A stretch of 64,000 nt of DNA, taken from contig CAWJBB010000039.1 in NCBI GenBank assembly GCA_963840855.1, positions 1-64,000 on the forward strand, read 5' to 3'. The DNA is from an uncultured delta proteobacterium (GTDB lineage Bacteria > Desulfobacterota > Binatia > UBA9968). A model generated the notes under the pieces. It saw nothing but the letters and a program-made list of their open reading frames with translations, was not told the DNA's origin and ran no database searches. Of the stretch, positions 20,121 to 30,905 are shown one piece after another (the stretch's first letter is position 1; the number at the start of each line of letters is the position of its first letter). A program made the translations under genes and the position numbers.

Positions 20121-21878
20121 GTGGACATCCGGCCTAGTTGTAGCTCTCAATCAAGAGAATGGTTCTTTGGCCCTTTTGCTTTTTTGGTGGTCAATAGGAG
20201 TGGAGAATTGGAGCCGCATATAACTCAGTCCGAGTCGAAAGTCCTAGACTACTCGCTGAGAGCTCTCTTCAGCAGCAGGACGATCCTTACAAGTAAAAAG
20301 GACCGTCGATTCGTTACCAGTTGGATTATAAGCGGGGCTTTTGTAGCGTGTTTAGTTTGGTCAATCTTAACGGCAAGCGTAGGTTGGAACAATACGCTCT
20401 CAGATCAACATGGGTTCCGGCAAACACAGACTGCTATTACAAGCTACTACTTGATGCTGGGAGGGCCCTTTCTGAGCTATGAAACTCCTGTGCTCGGCCG
20501 GCCGTGGAGCATCCCTTTTGAATTTCCACTATATCAAGGGATAGTCGCCTTAGCATCCACTTCGTTTAAGACTCCACTCAACCAAACTGGGCGATTTATT
20601 AGCGAGATATTTTTCTACCTTTCATTGCTGACCTTCTGGTTCTTGTTAGCCGAACTAAACATTGGACCGGTTTATCGACTCGTGTTTTTGAGCCTTGCGC
20701 TCGTGAGTCCCCAATACGTGTTTTGGTCTCGAACCTTTATGATCGAATCAACAGCTCTTTTCTTTTGCACGGGCTATTTGCTTTTCGCTTGCCGCTACGC
20801 TCGCAATCACTCGCTCCTCGCTGTTCTTCTCGGAGGAGCATTTGGTATTATTGGCGCTCTCGTAAAGGCAACTACAATGGCCGGTTTTGTCTTGGTGGCA
20901 GGCGTTTTCTATGTATATACTTTGCACAACCAAAGCGGACCAATCAGAACAAGCCTCACAAGAAATTTCATTGCGTTTCTGTTTTTGGTCTGCTTGCCGG
21001 TGTTGACAGCGCTGGCTTGGACTCATTACGCAGATGAGGTTCGGTCACAAAATGTCATCGGAATACTCACAACTTCCTCAGCGCTTAAAGAGTGGACTTT
21101 TGGCTCTTTTAGCCAGAGGTTCTCATCGAATACCTGGAAAATTCTCTTTGATCGAATCATTCCCGATTTATTAGGAGGGAATGTCATTTTACTTCTTCCG
21201 CTATTGGGAATCTGTCTCGCCCGCGAAAGATTATTTCCCTTCTTAACGTGCATTCTTGGTTTTCTATCAGCGTTTCTGATTTTTACAAATCTCCACGTGT
21301 TACATAATTACTACGCCTACGCGAATGGTATTTTCCTAATAGCGGCAGTGTCTTGTGCTGTAGTTGGATTACTGGAGCAGAAGAACTGGGCGCATTTACT
21401 AGGAATCGTCATTTTTTTCGCAATGATATTTGTCTCTGTCAAAGGCTACTACAAACGTTACTCTGGGGTTATTTGCACAGGTATCTCATGTAGGAGTGAG
21501 TATTACACGATCCAGAAGAACAATTCGTCGCAACTGGATAACATAGCTTACACCATTAAACAGATGATTCCACGCGAAGAGATTATCTTAGTTTTTGGCG
21601 AGGAATGGTCTTCCGAGTTACCTTACTATTCAGAACGACGGGCACTGATGTGGCCCTCATGGATGCCGCAGGATATGGATAGTCCAATCATGACGGAAGC
21701 GTTGAGCAAACTGTCCGACACGCGAGTTGGTGCTCTGCTTGTTTGCAATAGCGCTCGGGCAGATTATCAGTTGATAAAAAGGGCGACTGCTGTGTTAAAA
21801 GTAGCCGGGACGCCTGCATACAAAGATGATGTTTGCTCGTTGTACCCGCGTGATGGGGCGGATAAAAGGGAGAGGTAA
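20121..21878 (+). CDS. Polytopic GT-C (ArnT/PMT-like) membrane glycosyltransferase
   Basis: HGFRQTQTA, PFEFPLYQ, SRTFMIES, many TM segments; start uncertain. Confidence 0.72.
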   Translation: MDIRPSCSSQSREWFFGPFAFLVVNRSGELEPHITQSESKVLDYSLRALFSSRTILTSKKDRRFVTSWIISGAFVACLVWSILTASVGWNNTLSDQHGFRQTQTAITSYYLMLGGPFLSYETPVLGRPWSIPFEFPLYQGIVALASTSFKTPLNQTGRFISEIFFYLSLLTFWFLLAELNIGPVYRLVFLSLALVSPQYVFWSRTFMIESTALFFCTGYLLFACRYARNHSLLAVLLGGAFGIIGALVKATTMAGFVLVAGVFYVYTLHNQSGPIRTSLTRNFIAFLFLVCLPVLTALAWTHYADEVRSQNVIGILTTSSALKEWTFGSFSQRFSSNTWKILFDRIIPDLLGGNVILLLPLLGICLARERLFPFLTCILGFLSAFLIFTNLHVLHNYYAYANGIFLIAAVSCAVVGLLEQKNWAHLLGIVIFFAMIFVSVKGYYKRYSGVICTGISCRSEYYTIQKNNSSQLDNIAYTIKQMIPREEIILVFGEEWSSELPYYSERRALMWPSWMPQDMDSPIMTEALSKLSDTRVGALLVCNSARADYQLIKRATAVLKVAGTPAYKDDVCSLYPRDGADKRER

Positions 21879-22068
21879 CACCGATTTTTCATACAAGAAC
21901 TGATACGCGATGAGGTTTGCTTCGTGAACGGACGGATCGGGGTATGACCACAACCGAAGGAATGCCGCAGAAGATCATGAAGACCTTCCTTTTGGGGGAA
22001 CGCGAGACCCAGGGGTTGAACCAGATGACCGATAGGCTAAGAGGTATTTGTAAGAGACCGCTGACCCG

Positions 22069-23019
22069 ATGAGCAGGATACTCAATCGCATTTTCCGACA
22101 AAGACGGCGACGTCAATTCGAAGCACCTATTGCGTTGAAGCGCATCGCTACCTACCACGAGTATGCCACCTACATGGATAGAATGATTTCCGAATACAAC
22201 ATGCGCCGTCAGGTGGAGCGAAGCCTGATCTTGAATCAGAATTCGTTCGCGGTACCCGGTTGGTGTTTTGTTTGTCGTACGCAAGTAAGTTTTCATGTGG
22301 ATTTCTCTTATTCCTATTACGTAGAAGGAGAGTTAATGCCAAATTGGAGGGAGCACCTTAGATGTCCTGGCTGCAGCTTGAACAACCGGATGCGTGCAGC
22401 GATCCACATCTTTGAACAAGAATGCGCCGCTGACGAGTCGAGTTTCATTTACATCACTGAGCACTGCACACCTCTGTTTCAAGCTATGCGCGCCAGGTAT
22501 CCGAATCTCATGGGGAGTGAATATTTGGGTGACTCGTTGCCTTTTGGAACCCTGGATGCGCACGGCATACGCAACGAGAGTATTACCAAACTCACTTTCT
22601 CAACCAACATATTCGATCACATACTATGCTTTGATGTTTTTGAACATGTCCCAGATTACATGAAGGGCTTCGCCGAGTGTTTCAGGTGCCTCAAGCCGGG
22701 CGGAAGCCTTCTCTTCAGCGTTCCTTTCACAGGTAAGCCGGATACGCTTGTCCGTGCACGAAAGAATGCAGATGGGACAATTTCCCATCTCTTGCCGCCG
22801 GAGTATCATGGGGACCCGCTGAGCACGAAGGGATGCCTCTGCTTCTATCATTTCGGCTGGGACTTGTTAGAGGGTCTGAGAAGTCTAGGTTTCCGCGATA
22901 CACGGGCTTTAATTTATTGGTCGAGTGAACTTGGGTATCTCGGGAACGGTGCCCAAATTGTCTTTAAAGCCCAAAAACTTATGGAACTTCCTATCAAGAC
23001 TCCGCAGGTGTCCCTCTGA
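22069..23019 (+). CDS. Class I SAM methyltransferase with Cys pairs
   Basis: CFVC/CPGC, DVFEHVPD, LKPGG, PEYHGDP. Confidence 0.85.
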   Translation: MSRILNRIFRQRRRRQFEAPIALKRIATYHEYATYMDRMISEYNMRRQVERSLILNQNSFAVPGWCFVCRTQVSFHVDFSYSYYVEGELMPNWREHLRCPGCSLNNRMRAAIHIFEQECAADESSFIYITEHCTPLFQAMRARYPNLMGSEYLGDSLPFGTLDAHGIRNESITKLTFSTNIFDHILCFDVFEHVPDYMKGFAECFRCLKPGGSLLFSVPFTGKPDTLVRARKNADGTISHLLPPEYHGDPLSTKGCLCFYHFGWDLLEGLRSLGFRDTRALIYWSSELGYLGNGAQIVFKAQKLMELPIKTPQVSL

Positions 23020-23047
23020 GGGTTGTCCTTTCTTTGACGGGACCGGC

Positions 23048-24709
23048 ATGAGGCACGACACTGGCCTGAACTTCCAACTCCTCTCGATTGCGAAGAAGCC
23101 GCTACGCCGGCTACTGCATTGCCTTCCTCTAGCCGTGCTTGCGTTGCCGATCCTGACGGCGCTTCTATTTGTTGCGTTTTACAACACCGGCATGCCACTG
23201 ACCGACGAATGGGCGTTCACGAAGTCCATCATGGCCCTGGAGAACATTGATAAACGAGGGACGGAGTGGCTGGGCGAGGTGTTAAAAATCGCGCCGTGGC
23301 GCTTTTCCGATCACTGGGTCGCAGTACCCTTCTTGATCTACTGGCTGCTGGCTGGTCTCACACACTTCAACAGCACTGTTTTCATCGTCATAACGCTCGC
23401 GACGTTTACGGCGCAGCTCGCCATTTACCGACGCTACATCGTGCCGTCAACGGCGGCGGTTCTGCCTATTGCGCTCGTTCTTTTCAGCCCGGCGCACTAC
23501 ATGGAACTGCTCTGGGGCTTTCAATTCACGCTCGCGCTGTCGATCATCTTTCCGATGACGGGCCTATTGATTCTCAACCGGGTCTATTCGGACGACTCCT
23601 CGCTGCTCGGATTTGCGAAGCTCGCAAGTGCGTTGACGCTCTTCGTGCTTGGCACGCTATCGTCGTCAGGCGGGTTCTTTGGGTTGCCTGTCGCAGCGGT
23701 TGTGTTCTGGCTAAAGCAGGGGACTGTTCGATCCCGGCTGGTTGGATCCGGCACCTTCGTTTTGATCAGCACCATCGTTTACTTCACCCTTATGAATCGC
23801 TTCAGCCACGGCATAAAAGTGGACGTGCCCGATACCTTTCACGTGCTCACTGCGTTGGGTGGGACGATTTGGGGTACGCCAGTTGGCATTTTTGAGTTCG
23901 GGCCGGGGCTTCTGAGTGCGACCGGCGCGGTTATTCTGGCCTGCTTAGTATTCAGCGTTGCCCGAGCGTACAAGACCGGGCAACTGCCCGCGATTGCCCT
24001 GCCCTTGGCCTTCGCACTGTTTGGGTTGCTGTGCCTTGCGGCAATAGCGGTGAGGCGCCACTATCTTGGGAATTGGCATTTGCAATATGCTCTTCCCAGC
24101 GTGTGTGGCACATTCGCCTGTGCTTACATTGTCAGGGAACGGGACCGATCGGCCTTCACCATCGCAGCTTACGTTATTCTTTGTGTCACGCTTTCGCTCT
24201 CACTCGTTGGCTATTATCGCGGCTTTGCAGAATACGGCCCGAGCTACTACGGCTATATTGACAGTATAGAGAACTACGCCCTGCGTCATTTGGAAGAACC
24301 AGATTTACCGAAGCCCTTTCCTAAAGCTTGGGAGATTGGAGCCGATCTCGTGCTGTTCCTTGCCGCGCACGAGCATCCACTTCTACGACGTATTCCGCCA
24401 CGGCATTTTGAAAGCCAGGCAGTTGGGGCACACATCTTTGTCGATGGCGTCCAGCCTGTTGACTCCCCAGATAAGACAGTGAGATTGCTCGGACCAAACC
24501 GGAAACGCATGCGCATTACGGTGGCGCTGGCGAATGCGAAAGGCCGAGCCATGGTGCAACTCGGCGACCTTCTCCTTCCGCTTTTCCGGCTGCACCCGCT
24601 CCACACCGGAATCGTCGCCTGCACGGAGACGCCCTGTTATGCTGGAATAGTACTGCCCGAAAGATTGCCCGCTGGGCTTCATCCGGTGACCGTCTGGCTC
24701 ACGGACTGA
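23048..24709 (+). CDS. Polytopic membrane protein, probable GT-C
   Basis: PLTDEW after TM1, ELLWGFQ, about 11 hydrophobic segments; ATG at 23048. Confidence 0.62.
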   Translation: MRHDTGLNFQLLSIAKKPLRRLLHCLPLAVLALPILTALLFVAFYNTGMPLTDEWAFTKSIMALENIDKRGTEWLGEVLKIAPWRFSDHWVAVPFLIYWLLAGLTHFNSTVFIVITLATFTAQLAIYRRYIVPSTAAVLPIALVLFSPAHYMELLWGFQFTLALSIIFPMTGLLILNRVYSDDSSLLGFAKLASALTLFVLGTLSSSGGFFGLPVAAVVFWLKQGTVRSRLVGSGTFVLISTIVYFTLMNRFSHGIKVDVPDTFHVLTALGGTIWGTPVGIFEFGPGLLSATGAVILACLVFSVARAYKTGQLPAIALPLAFALFGLLCLAAIAVRRHYLGNWHLQYALPSVCGTFACAYIVRERDRSAFTIAAYVILCVTLSLSLVGYYRGFAEYGPSYYGYIDSIENYALRHLEEPDLPKPFPKAWEIGADLVLFLAAHEHPLLRRIPPRHFESQAVGAHIFVDGVQPVDSPDKTVRLLGPNRKRMRITVALANAKGRAMVQLGDLLLPLFRLHPLHTGIVACTETPCYAGIVLPERLPAGLHPVTVWLTD

Positions 24710-24832
24710 GCATTTATTCCGATTCGGTGAAGGCGTAGATTCTTGCGAGTTAAGGTCGCTCCTTACTATTCCTAGTTATCAAGGTTTCCTAGCCCGGACT
24801 CGGACTGGTTGTTTATTCCCTGCCCTTCCACG

Positions 24833-24920
24833 ACAGAACGGTCTCGCCTGCAAACCGATATCGAGTTGACATGATCGCTTGCTATCCGATACTCTCTGCC
24901 TCAAAATCGGCGTATCGGGG
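24833..24920 (+). promoter_or_regulatory. Copy 2 of the duplicated promoter element
   Basis: TTGACA (24866)-N16-GATACT; matches 601-690. Confidence 0.6.
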
Positions 24921-24944
24921 CGTTTATGCCTTTCGTGCCGGCGG

Positions 24945-26477
24945 ATGAAAAGCAATTTCTTTCCTCTATCACTGCGCGTTCCAGGATGTGCGCCGGGGGC
25001 CAAGACGCTCCGCCAAGATGGCGCGTCGTCGCGGGTCATCGACGTGGCCATTCTCACGGTCCTGGCCGCTCTGATCCGAGCGGCGGTGCTCCTGGCGACC
25101 GTCGACACGCCCGGCGACGGACCGGTCCGAGCACTGGCGGCCTACAGCTGGTCCCAGGCCCCCCATCTCGTGCGTCACGGCATTTGGCTTCCGGGCTTTC
25201 TGTATCTGACCGGCCTCGTCAGCTATCTCCTCCCCATATGGATTGCCGTGCGGCTGCTCAACGTGGTTGTCGGCGCCGTCACCATCCCCGTGTTCTTCGT
25301 GGCGGTGGCGCCGGTTTTCGGTCCAGCGACCGCCCTCCTCGGCGCCGCCTGGCTGGCCGTGTTCCCGTTGCACGTTGAGCTCAGTGCCAGCTCGCTGACC
25401 CAAGTCAGCGCCGCCTTTGAAATGCTCCTCGGCATGGCCTTCTTGCGAATGGCCGCTCAACCGGAGGGGCGAGGGCATTGGGCGTACGCGGCCGTGGCCA
25501 CGAGCGCGTTCATCATGGCCAGCATGACGCGGTACGAGGTGTGGGTTTTCCTGCCATTATTCCCCTGGTACTACTGGCTCCGCACCCGGCACCGCGTCCG
25601 GTCGGCGGCCATGGCGGCGCTCCTGTTCGCTGGTCCCGTAGCGTGGACTCTCAGCAACCATGTCTATGGAGGTCAGGCCTTTCTTGGGGTTGCCGCGGCT
25701 ATCCATGACCGCTCGTGGGCGGCGACCCCGGTCGGGGTCTCGGTAACCAAGGCCGGAGAGATCCTGGTCACGCGTTTCGCAAGCCGTCTTGGATGGGTGC
25801 TCGTCATCGGTCTCCTGCTGGGACTGGTGAGAGAGCTTCGATCCCTGGTGGCGCGCCGACTATCGCCGGAGCGGATTCTGCATCTCGCGGTCGTCCTCAT
25901 ATTCCTCGCCGGTGCGGGGGCCTTCACCGTCATGCGCGGCCAGACCTTGGGAGATCCGTATCTCCTGTTCATCTTCATTCTCGCGATACCGATAGCCCTG
26001 ATTCCGGCCTCCGGGTATCTGAGCCATATCGGAAGGCGCGGGTTGTGGGTCGTCATCGTGGTGGCCCTGATCTACAGCCTGGCTTCGTTGTGGCTGAAGG
26101 GAGGTCTGGAGACGCACTGGGTGACCACGGCTGAACCGCAACGCATCATCCGGTTTGCGGAGTGGGTGAACCAAAGCCCGTGGCGGGATCAGCCGGTCGT
26201 CTTTACGCGAATGGATTGGCAACCGACGTATCTTCCGTACTACTTTCCCAGTTATGCGTCGAAGACCATCATCATCTCCGAGTGGATCGACGATGGGCCG
26301 CTACTCGAATTGACGCAATCGGCCCGGCCTTCACTGCTCGTGACCCAGCCTGGCGACGAGGCGTACGTCAAGCGCTTCGTCAAGGTGACCGGGATGGCGG
26401 TCGAGCATAATCGGCTCGTCCATCGCGAAGGCGACGTCGAGGTTTACGCGCTCGTCGACGCTCAGCCGAGCAAATGA
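24945..26477 (+). CDS. GT-C (PMT_2/ArnT-like) membrane glycosyltransferase
   Basis: PGDG after TM1, WLPG, RLLN, MTRYE; visibly more GC-rich than neighbours. Confidence 0.72.
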   Translation: MKSNFFPLSLRVPGCAPGAKTLRQDGASSRVIDVAILTVLAALIRAAVLLATVDTPGDGPVRALAAYSWSQAPHLVRHGIWLPGFLYLTGLVSYLLPIWIAVRLLNVVVGAVTIPVFFVAVAPVFGPATALLGAAWLAVFPLHVELSASSLTQVSAAFEMLLGMAFLRMAAQPEGRGHWAYAAVATSAFIMASMTRYEVWVFLPLFPWYYWLRTRHRVRSAAMAALLFAGPVAWTLSNHVYGGQAFLGVAAAIHDRSWAATPVGVSVTKAGEILVTRFASRLGWVLVIGLLLGLVRELRSLVARRLSPERILHLAVVLIFLAGAGAFTVMRGQTLGDPYLLFIFILAIPIALIPASGYLSHIGRRGLWVVIVVALIYSLASLWLKGGLETHWVTTAEPQRIIRFAEWVNQSPWRDQPVVFTRMDWQPTYLPYYFPSYASKTIIISEWIDDGPLLELTQSARPSLLVTQPGDEAYVKRFVKVTGMAVEHNRLVHREGDVEVYALVDAQPSK

Positions 26478-26777
26478 GCGTCGTGGATCAGTGAGGTGTC
26501 CGCGCCGGAAGGGCACCCGGGGACATCGTGACAGCCAGCGGCGGCCACGTCGGCCGCCCGTGCGACGATTGGGAGGTGGAGGACGCGGCACCCACGACGG
26601 TACCTCTGGCCCTCATGCCATTCGATCCGCACGGACCCCCAAAATCGTCCTGGCCTATCTGTACGCGCGTCACCGCTAGAGCCTGATAGAAAGTTCGGGT
26701 ATGCCTACCTGCAAGCAACGGCCGATGTCGTAAGGAGATTCCCTAAAGGCAAGGAGCCGAAGGAACCTGCTGTTTCT

Positions 26778-27672
26778 GTGTGTGACGATGTGCTCATTAG
26801 GGTCCAGTCGGCGGCGAGGCTCGGAGACACAGATTTGCATCACCGCGTCTTTTCAAGTGTTACTGACGCCGAGTGGTTGTGGTTTAATACCGCGGGATAC
26901 CGCAGGTTCGAGACCCTTCGTAAAGTTTTGCCGGGGCTCCCGGATGAGGAAATCCAGACGGCCTTCGCCGGGTTCGCCGCCGGAGACGTGGCTCTTGGCG
27001 AAGGTTTCAAAGCATACCGACTTTGGAAGGACCTCGCGGTGGGCGACCCCTCAACGCTGGGAGCCATGTGCTGGATTTCGGCTGTGGATGGGGGCGGGTC
27101 TTCCGCTTTTTCATGCGCGATGTGCCGCGCGCCAACCTGTATGGCCTGGATTGCATGCCGTTCGCAATCGACTTGTGCAAGAAAACCAACCCCTGGGGTC
27201 AGTTCCGTCTAATATCGCCCCTGCCGCCTTGCGACCTGCCGTCCAATACCTTCGACTTGGTTCACCTCTATTCGTTGTATTCTCACATCTGTCCGAAGAG
27301 GCAGCGGATCTTTGGCTGACAGAGTTTAACCGCATCATGAGACCTGGAGGGGTGTTAATCGCTACAACGTGGCCCCGAGATTACATCGAGCGCTGCGAGC
27401 GTGCCCGCCACGGAGATCCGACAGGCACCCACCCCCACTCGTATCTCGCTTTCGCTGGCGCTGAAGACTGGCTTGCCAGATATGATCGCGGCGAGTATTG
27501 CCACGACTCGGTCGGCGGCGGGGAGGCGTTGTCCAAGACTTTTTATGGCGAGACCTGTATCCCGGAGGCCTATGCGCGCCAGCGGTGGCCAAACCGATTC
27601 TTGCTTCGCGAGTATATATCCGACAAGGCGCGCTGCCCCCAGGACGTGATCGTGGCGCAGAAGCCGAATTAG
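26778..27672 (+). pseudogene. Class I SAM methyltransferase split by two frameshifts (~27055, ~27270)
   Basis: LPDEEIQTAF (frame 1), VLDFGCGWGR (frame 2), VFSHLSE..RIMRPGG (frame 3); may be sequencing error. Confidence 0.82.
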
Positions 27673-27796
27673 AATTAACGATATCGCCCGACACCGGTTC
27701 GGCGGGGATATCTGTTTCAACGAAGGCGTCGCACAGTTTTTTAATAACCCATTGCCACCCCGCGGGGTCATGGAAGCCGAGCTGGCGCCAATTGAT

Positions 27797-28553
27797 CTAG
27801 ATCCCCTGTCTGCGCCGCCAATAGACCCCTGTCCAATCGATCCACCTCATCTCTTCTTCGATTGCCTGCCTTGCCCGGTAATCGTCGACTGCTTTACGAC
27901 ATCCCGCGAGGGCGCCATAATCATCTACAATGACATACCCTCCCCAACGACACCTTCGGATACAAATGCGTCAGCGCCTCCATGGTAGATTCATACATAT
28001 CTCCGTCTAGACGCATGATAGCCAATCGTTCGATTGGTGCATTCGGTAAAGTATCTCGGAACCACCCTTTTAAGAATCGCACCTGATCATCAAGCAGTCC
28101 ATATTTTGCGAAGTTTGATTGTACCTGATCAAGCGGCACTGCAAGCTCTCTAAATTCATGAAGACGATCTCCTGCATCGGCTGGATACTTTTCAGGATTC
28201 GGAAGCGGCAAGCCTTCAAAAGAATCTGCAACCCACACGAAACGATCTTTCACAGCGTGTGCTTTTAGTATGGCTCTCATGAAGATCGTTGCTCCACCGC
28301 GCCACACACCTGTCTCTATCAGGTCACCAAGAACACCTTTGGTCAACACATCTTCTGCACAGAATTGCAGATTATCCAGGCGCTTCAAGCCGATCATGGT
28401 GTGAGCGTAAGTGGGCCAATCTCGCCCTTCCAACCGTTTGGTCTCATCGAATGGCTCAAGCTGGAGATTAGGTTTTTCCTCGACGTCGGCATAGATTAAA
28501 TCAATAAGACACCTTTTCATTAGATCGAGATACAAATCCTTTGCGCTTTGCAT
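27797..28553 (-). CDS. TylF/NovP-family O-methyltransferase, +1 frameshift in a G-run at ~27943
   Basis: IETGVWRGG, DSFEGLP, RLDGDMYEST; continues in another frame as GGYVIVDDY...IDWTGVYW to a stop at 27797. Confidence 0.9.
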
Positions 28554-28776
28554 AACTGCTTCCCTGACACAACTCAGCCCATCTATAAGAGTCTACTTGG
28601 TTGCCCGCAACCGTGGCGCCGTCATTTCTTCATCACGATCACGTTCTGCCGGCGTATCTTGCGATCGTCAACTTCCGTTAATTAATATGTCCTGTGGCAG
28701 CCCTCCCCAGTTTACAGCGGTCGTTCCAGCATCCGATGACCGTCGAATAAACCATGTACCATTGGTAGGAATGAAG

Positions 28777-28950
28777 GAACCCCGCCGCAAGCAGGGGGGG
28801 TATCAACGCTTCCGACTTTTCAAGAATTGAACTCGTAGGGTGGGTAGAGGCGGATCGCGCCGCCACCCACCACCGAGAACGATGGGTTTCGCTAACGCTC
28901 AACCCATCCTACGCTCGTTCACAGCGCAGCAAGCTGCGGGGAATTAACCC
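28777..28950. repeat. REP/REPIN-like palindrome cluster
   Basis: CGTAGGGTGGGTAGAG...CTCAACCCATCCTACG (28834-28913) flanked by two GCAAGC-centred hairpins (ccccgccgcaagcagggggg; gcgcagcaagctgcgggg). Confidence 0.7.
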
Positions 28951-29014
28951 CGGACTTCGGTCGAAATAGTTCCAGAGCGCAGGGCCGTCTCTTTGCCAGC
29001 AGAATGCGCCCAAA

Positions 29015-30061
29015 TTAGTTGAGCGGTATGTCCTGCGGCAGCCCGCCCCAACCTGTTATTGTCACTCCTTCATCTGAAGATCGAAGAATATACCACCCAC
29101 CATCACTGCTTCGATAAACCGCGATGTCCGTCAACCCGTCCCCATCATAGTCCGCAGGCACCGGTATGTCCCCCACCAGCCCGCCCCAACCTGTTATTGT
29201 CCCTAGTCCATCTGAAGATCGAAGAATATACCACCCACCATCACTGCTTCGATAAACCGCGATGTCCGTCAACCCGTCCCCATCATAGTCCGCAGGCACC
29301 GGTGTGTCCCCCAGCCCGCCCCAAGGTGTTGCTGTAAAACCACCGTCCGAGGAATGCTTGATGAGCCAGTTGCCATCCCGATACACCGAGACGTCAGCGC
29401 GCCCGTCCCCGTCGAAGTCAGGCTTGCCGCAGGGCACCGGGTTCGCGTCCCCCGGGAGGCCTCCGGCGTCCGTGAAAATGGTGATGTCCCAGTGACCAAT
29501 GCCGCCGGCGTTCGGAGCTAGATCGTCGAACACATACAGCTTCCACTCCCCATTGACGCCTGCCGGCAACGTCCCGTTGAATTCTGCGAGCCCGGGCCCA
29601 TAGGGCTCCGGAGGCGCCGGGGCGGGGAGCACATCCGGAACACCAGAACTAGAATAGTTCGAGGGCCTGTAGGTCCCGGACACAATCTGACCTTCGTTGT
29701 CCAACAGGCGGTGAGCGCAGTCATCGAATGTGAGCATGGTGCCGCCAGCAATGTTCGCGATGCCACCCGCGTCCGACATGAGCATCACCGACCGGAGACC
29801 GGTAGGGTTGACTAGTAGGATGTCGAGATCGTCTGGGTTGGTATGGTTCATTCTAATCCGTGCGACCACTTTGGTTACGGTGCCAGTCACGCCCGACACA
29901 CTGATGGTAGAGGGGTACAGGTTTGCGGGGCCGGAAGCGGGAATCGTTATTAGCGAGTTGTTCTCGAAAAAGAAGCGGGCCGCACTGGCGGGGGCCACGC
30001 TAGCCACCGCAGTTAAGGCGACAATGATGAGATTCACTGCCAGTTTCGAAAATTGATCCAC
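29015..30061 (-). CDS. Secreted proprotein-convertase P-domain protein with 3 FG-GAP-like repeats
   Basis: Signal peptide; HTNPDDLDILLVNP..NGEWKLYVFD; D(F/Y)DGDG x3; GGAGG RBS with GTG start. Confidence 0.85.
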   Translation of the reverse strand: MDQFSKLAVNLIIVALTAVASVAPASAARFFFENNSLITIPASGPANLYPSTISVSGVTGTVTKVVARIRMNHTNPDDLDILLVNPTGLRSVMLMSDAGGIANIAGGTMLTFDDCAHRLLDNEGQIVSGTYRPSNYSSSGVPDVLPAPAPPEPYGPGLAEFNGTLPAGVNGEWKLYVFDDLAPNAGGIGHWDITIFTDAGGLPGDANPVPCGKPDFDGDGRADVSVYRDGNWLIKHSSDGGFTATPWGGLGDTPVPADYDGDGLTDIAVYRSSDGGWYILRSSDGLGTITGWGGLVGDIPVPADYDGDGLTDIAVYRSSDGGWYILRSSDEGVTITGWGGLPQDIPLN

Positions 30062-30382
30062 GATGATACCTCCTGGGCTTTTCGCCCTAGTTAATTTGAT
30101 TGTCCGCGAAGTCCTTATATAAAACTATTTTAATTAATCAAGAGGGTAGTCTCGTTTGTTTCGTTAAACGCACGAGAATAAACTCCACCCACAGAAATTC
30201 TGCATGAAAATGAGCCTTCTTTGCCTGTTGAGCAATTCCATGGCAAGTATTTGAATTAACTAACATATCGAGGGGCGAGGCTTTGATGAACGCGGCGCCG
30301 TTCCTACCGCTGAGCTGACTTTGAGCGCACCAGGCCCAAGACTCGAAAGCTGCCGAAGGTTTCAATGGACGACGAAAATTAT

Positions 30383-30652
30383 TCAACGTGAGGATAGCGA
30401 GAGTAGAGAACAGGCTCCGGGTTCGTTAGGTCGACTCTTGGTATCCTTGATCAATTGCGGATATTTGCGTTTGACCGGTATGGTTAGCCAGGCCGGCCCG
30501 TTTGGCGTCTTGATCTTATTGCGATTGCGCCAATCCCGTTTGGTGAATTGCACATCATCATAGAGAATGAATTCATCCACCAACCCGGCGATGTCAAAAT
30601 ATCCTTTCCATGGAATATAGCTCGACTGTAGAATAGCAACTTTCTTGGCCAT
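30383..30652 (-). pseudogene. Truncated WbqC-like protein
   Basis: [39 protein letters not shown]; similarity ends after ~65 aa. Confidence 0.85.
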
Positions 30653-30721
30653 GGAAACGACGCAGCAGATTATAGATCAGGGTCGTCACGTAATGGTACG
30701 ATCATAAAGTGTGTAAATGAC

Positions 30722-30904
30722 GAAGGCGGAGCCTTTGGGTTCTAAGTCTGGTTCAACCAACTCCCGGTCAGGCGCCGGGATAAAAAGAGACGCCACCCGG
30801 GAAAAGAAAAGCCGATCAGCGAGTCTGCGTCAAGGGTTTGTTATGAGCCGGTGGAGGGGCACACGCGCGAGCGAATTCAGGGCTGGCCCAAGAGCCTACG
30901 CTTC
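30722..30904 (+). ncRNA. Candidate structured RNA resembling an IS110 non-coding end
   Basis: Closing stem 30722-30740 with 30886-30904 and internal hairpins; family resemblance from recall only. Confidence 0.4.
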
Positions 30905-30905
30905 T

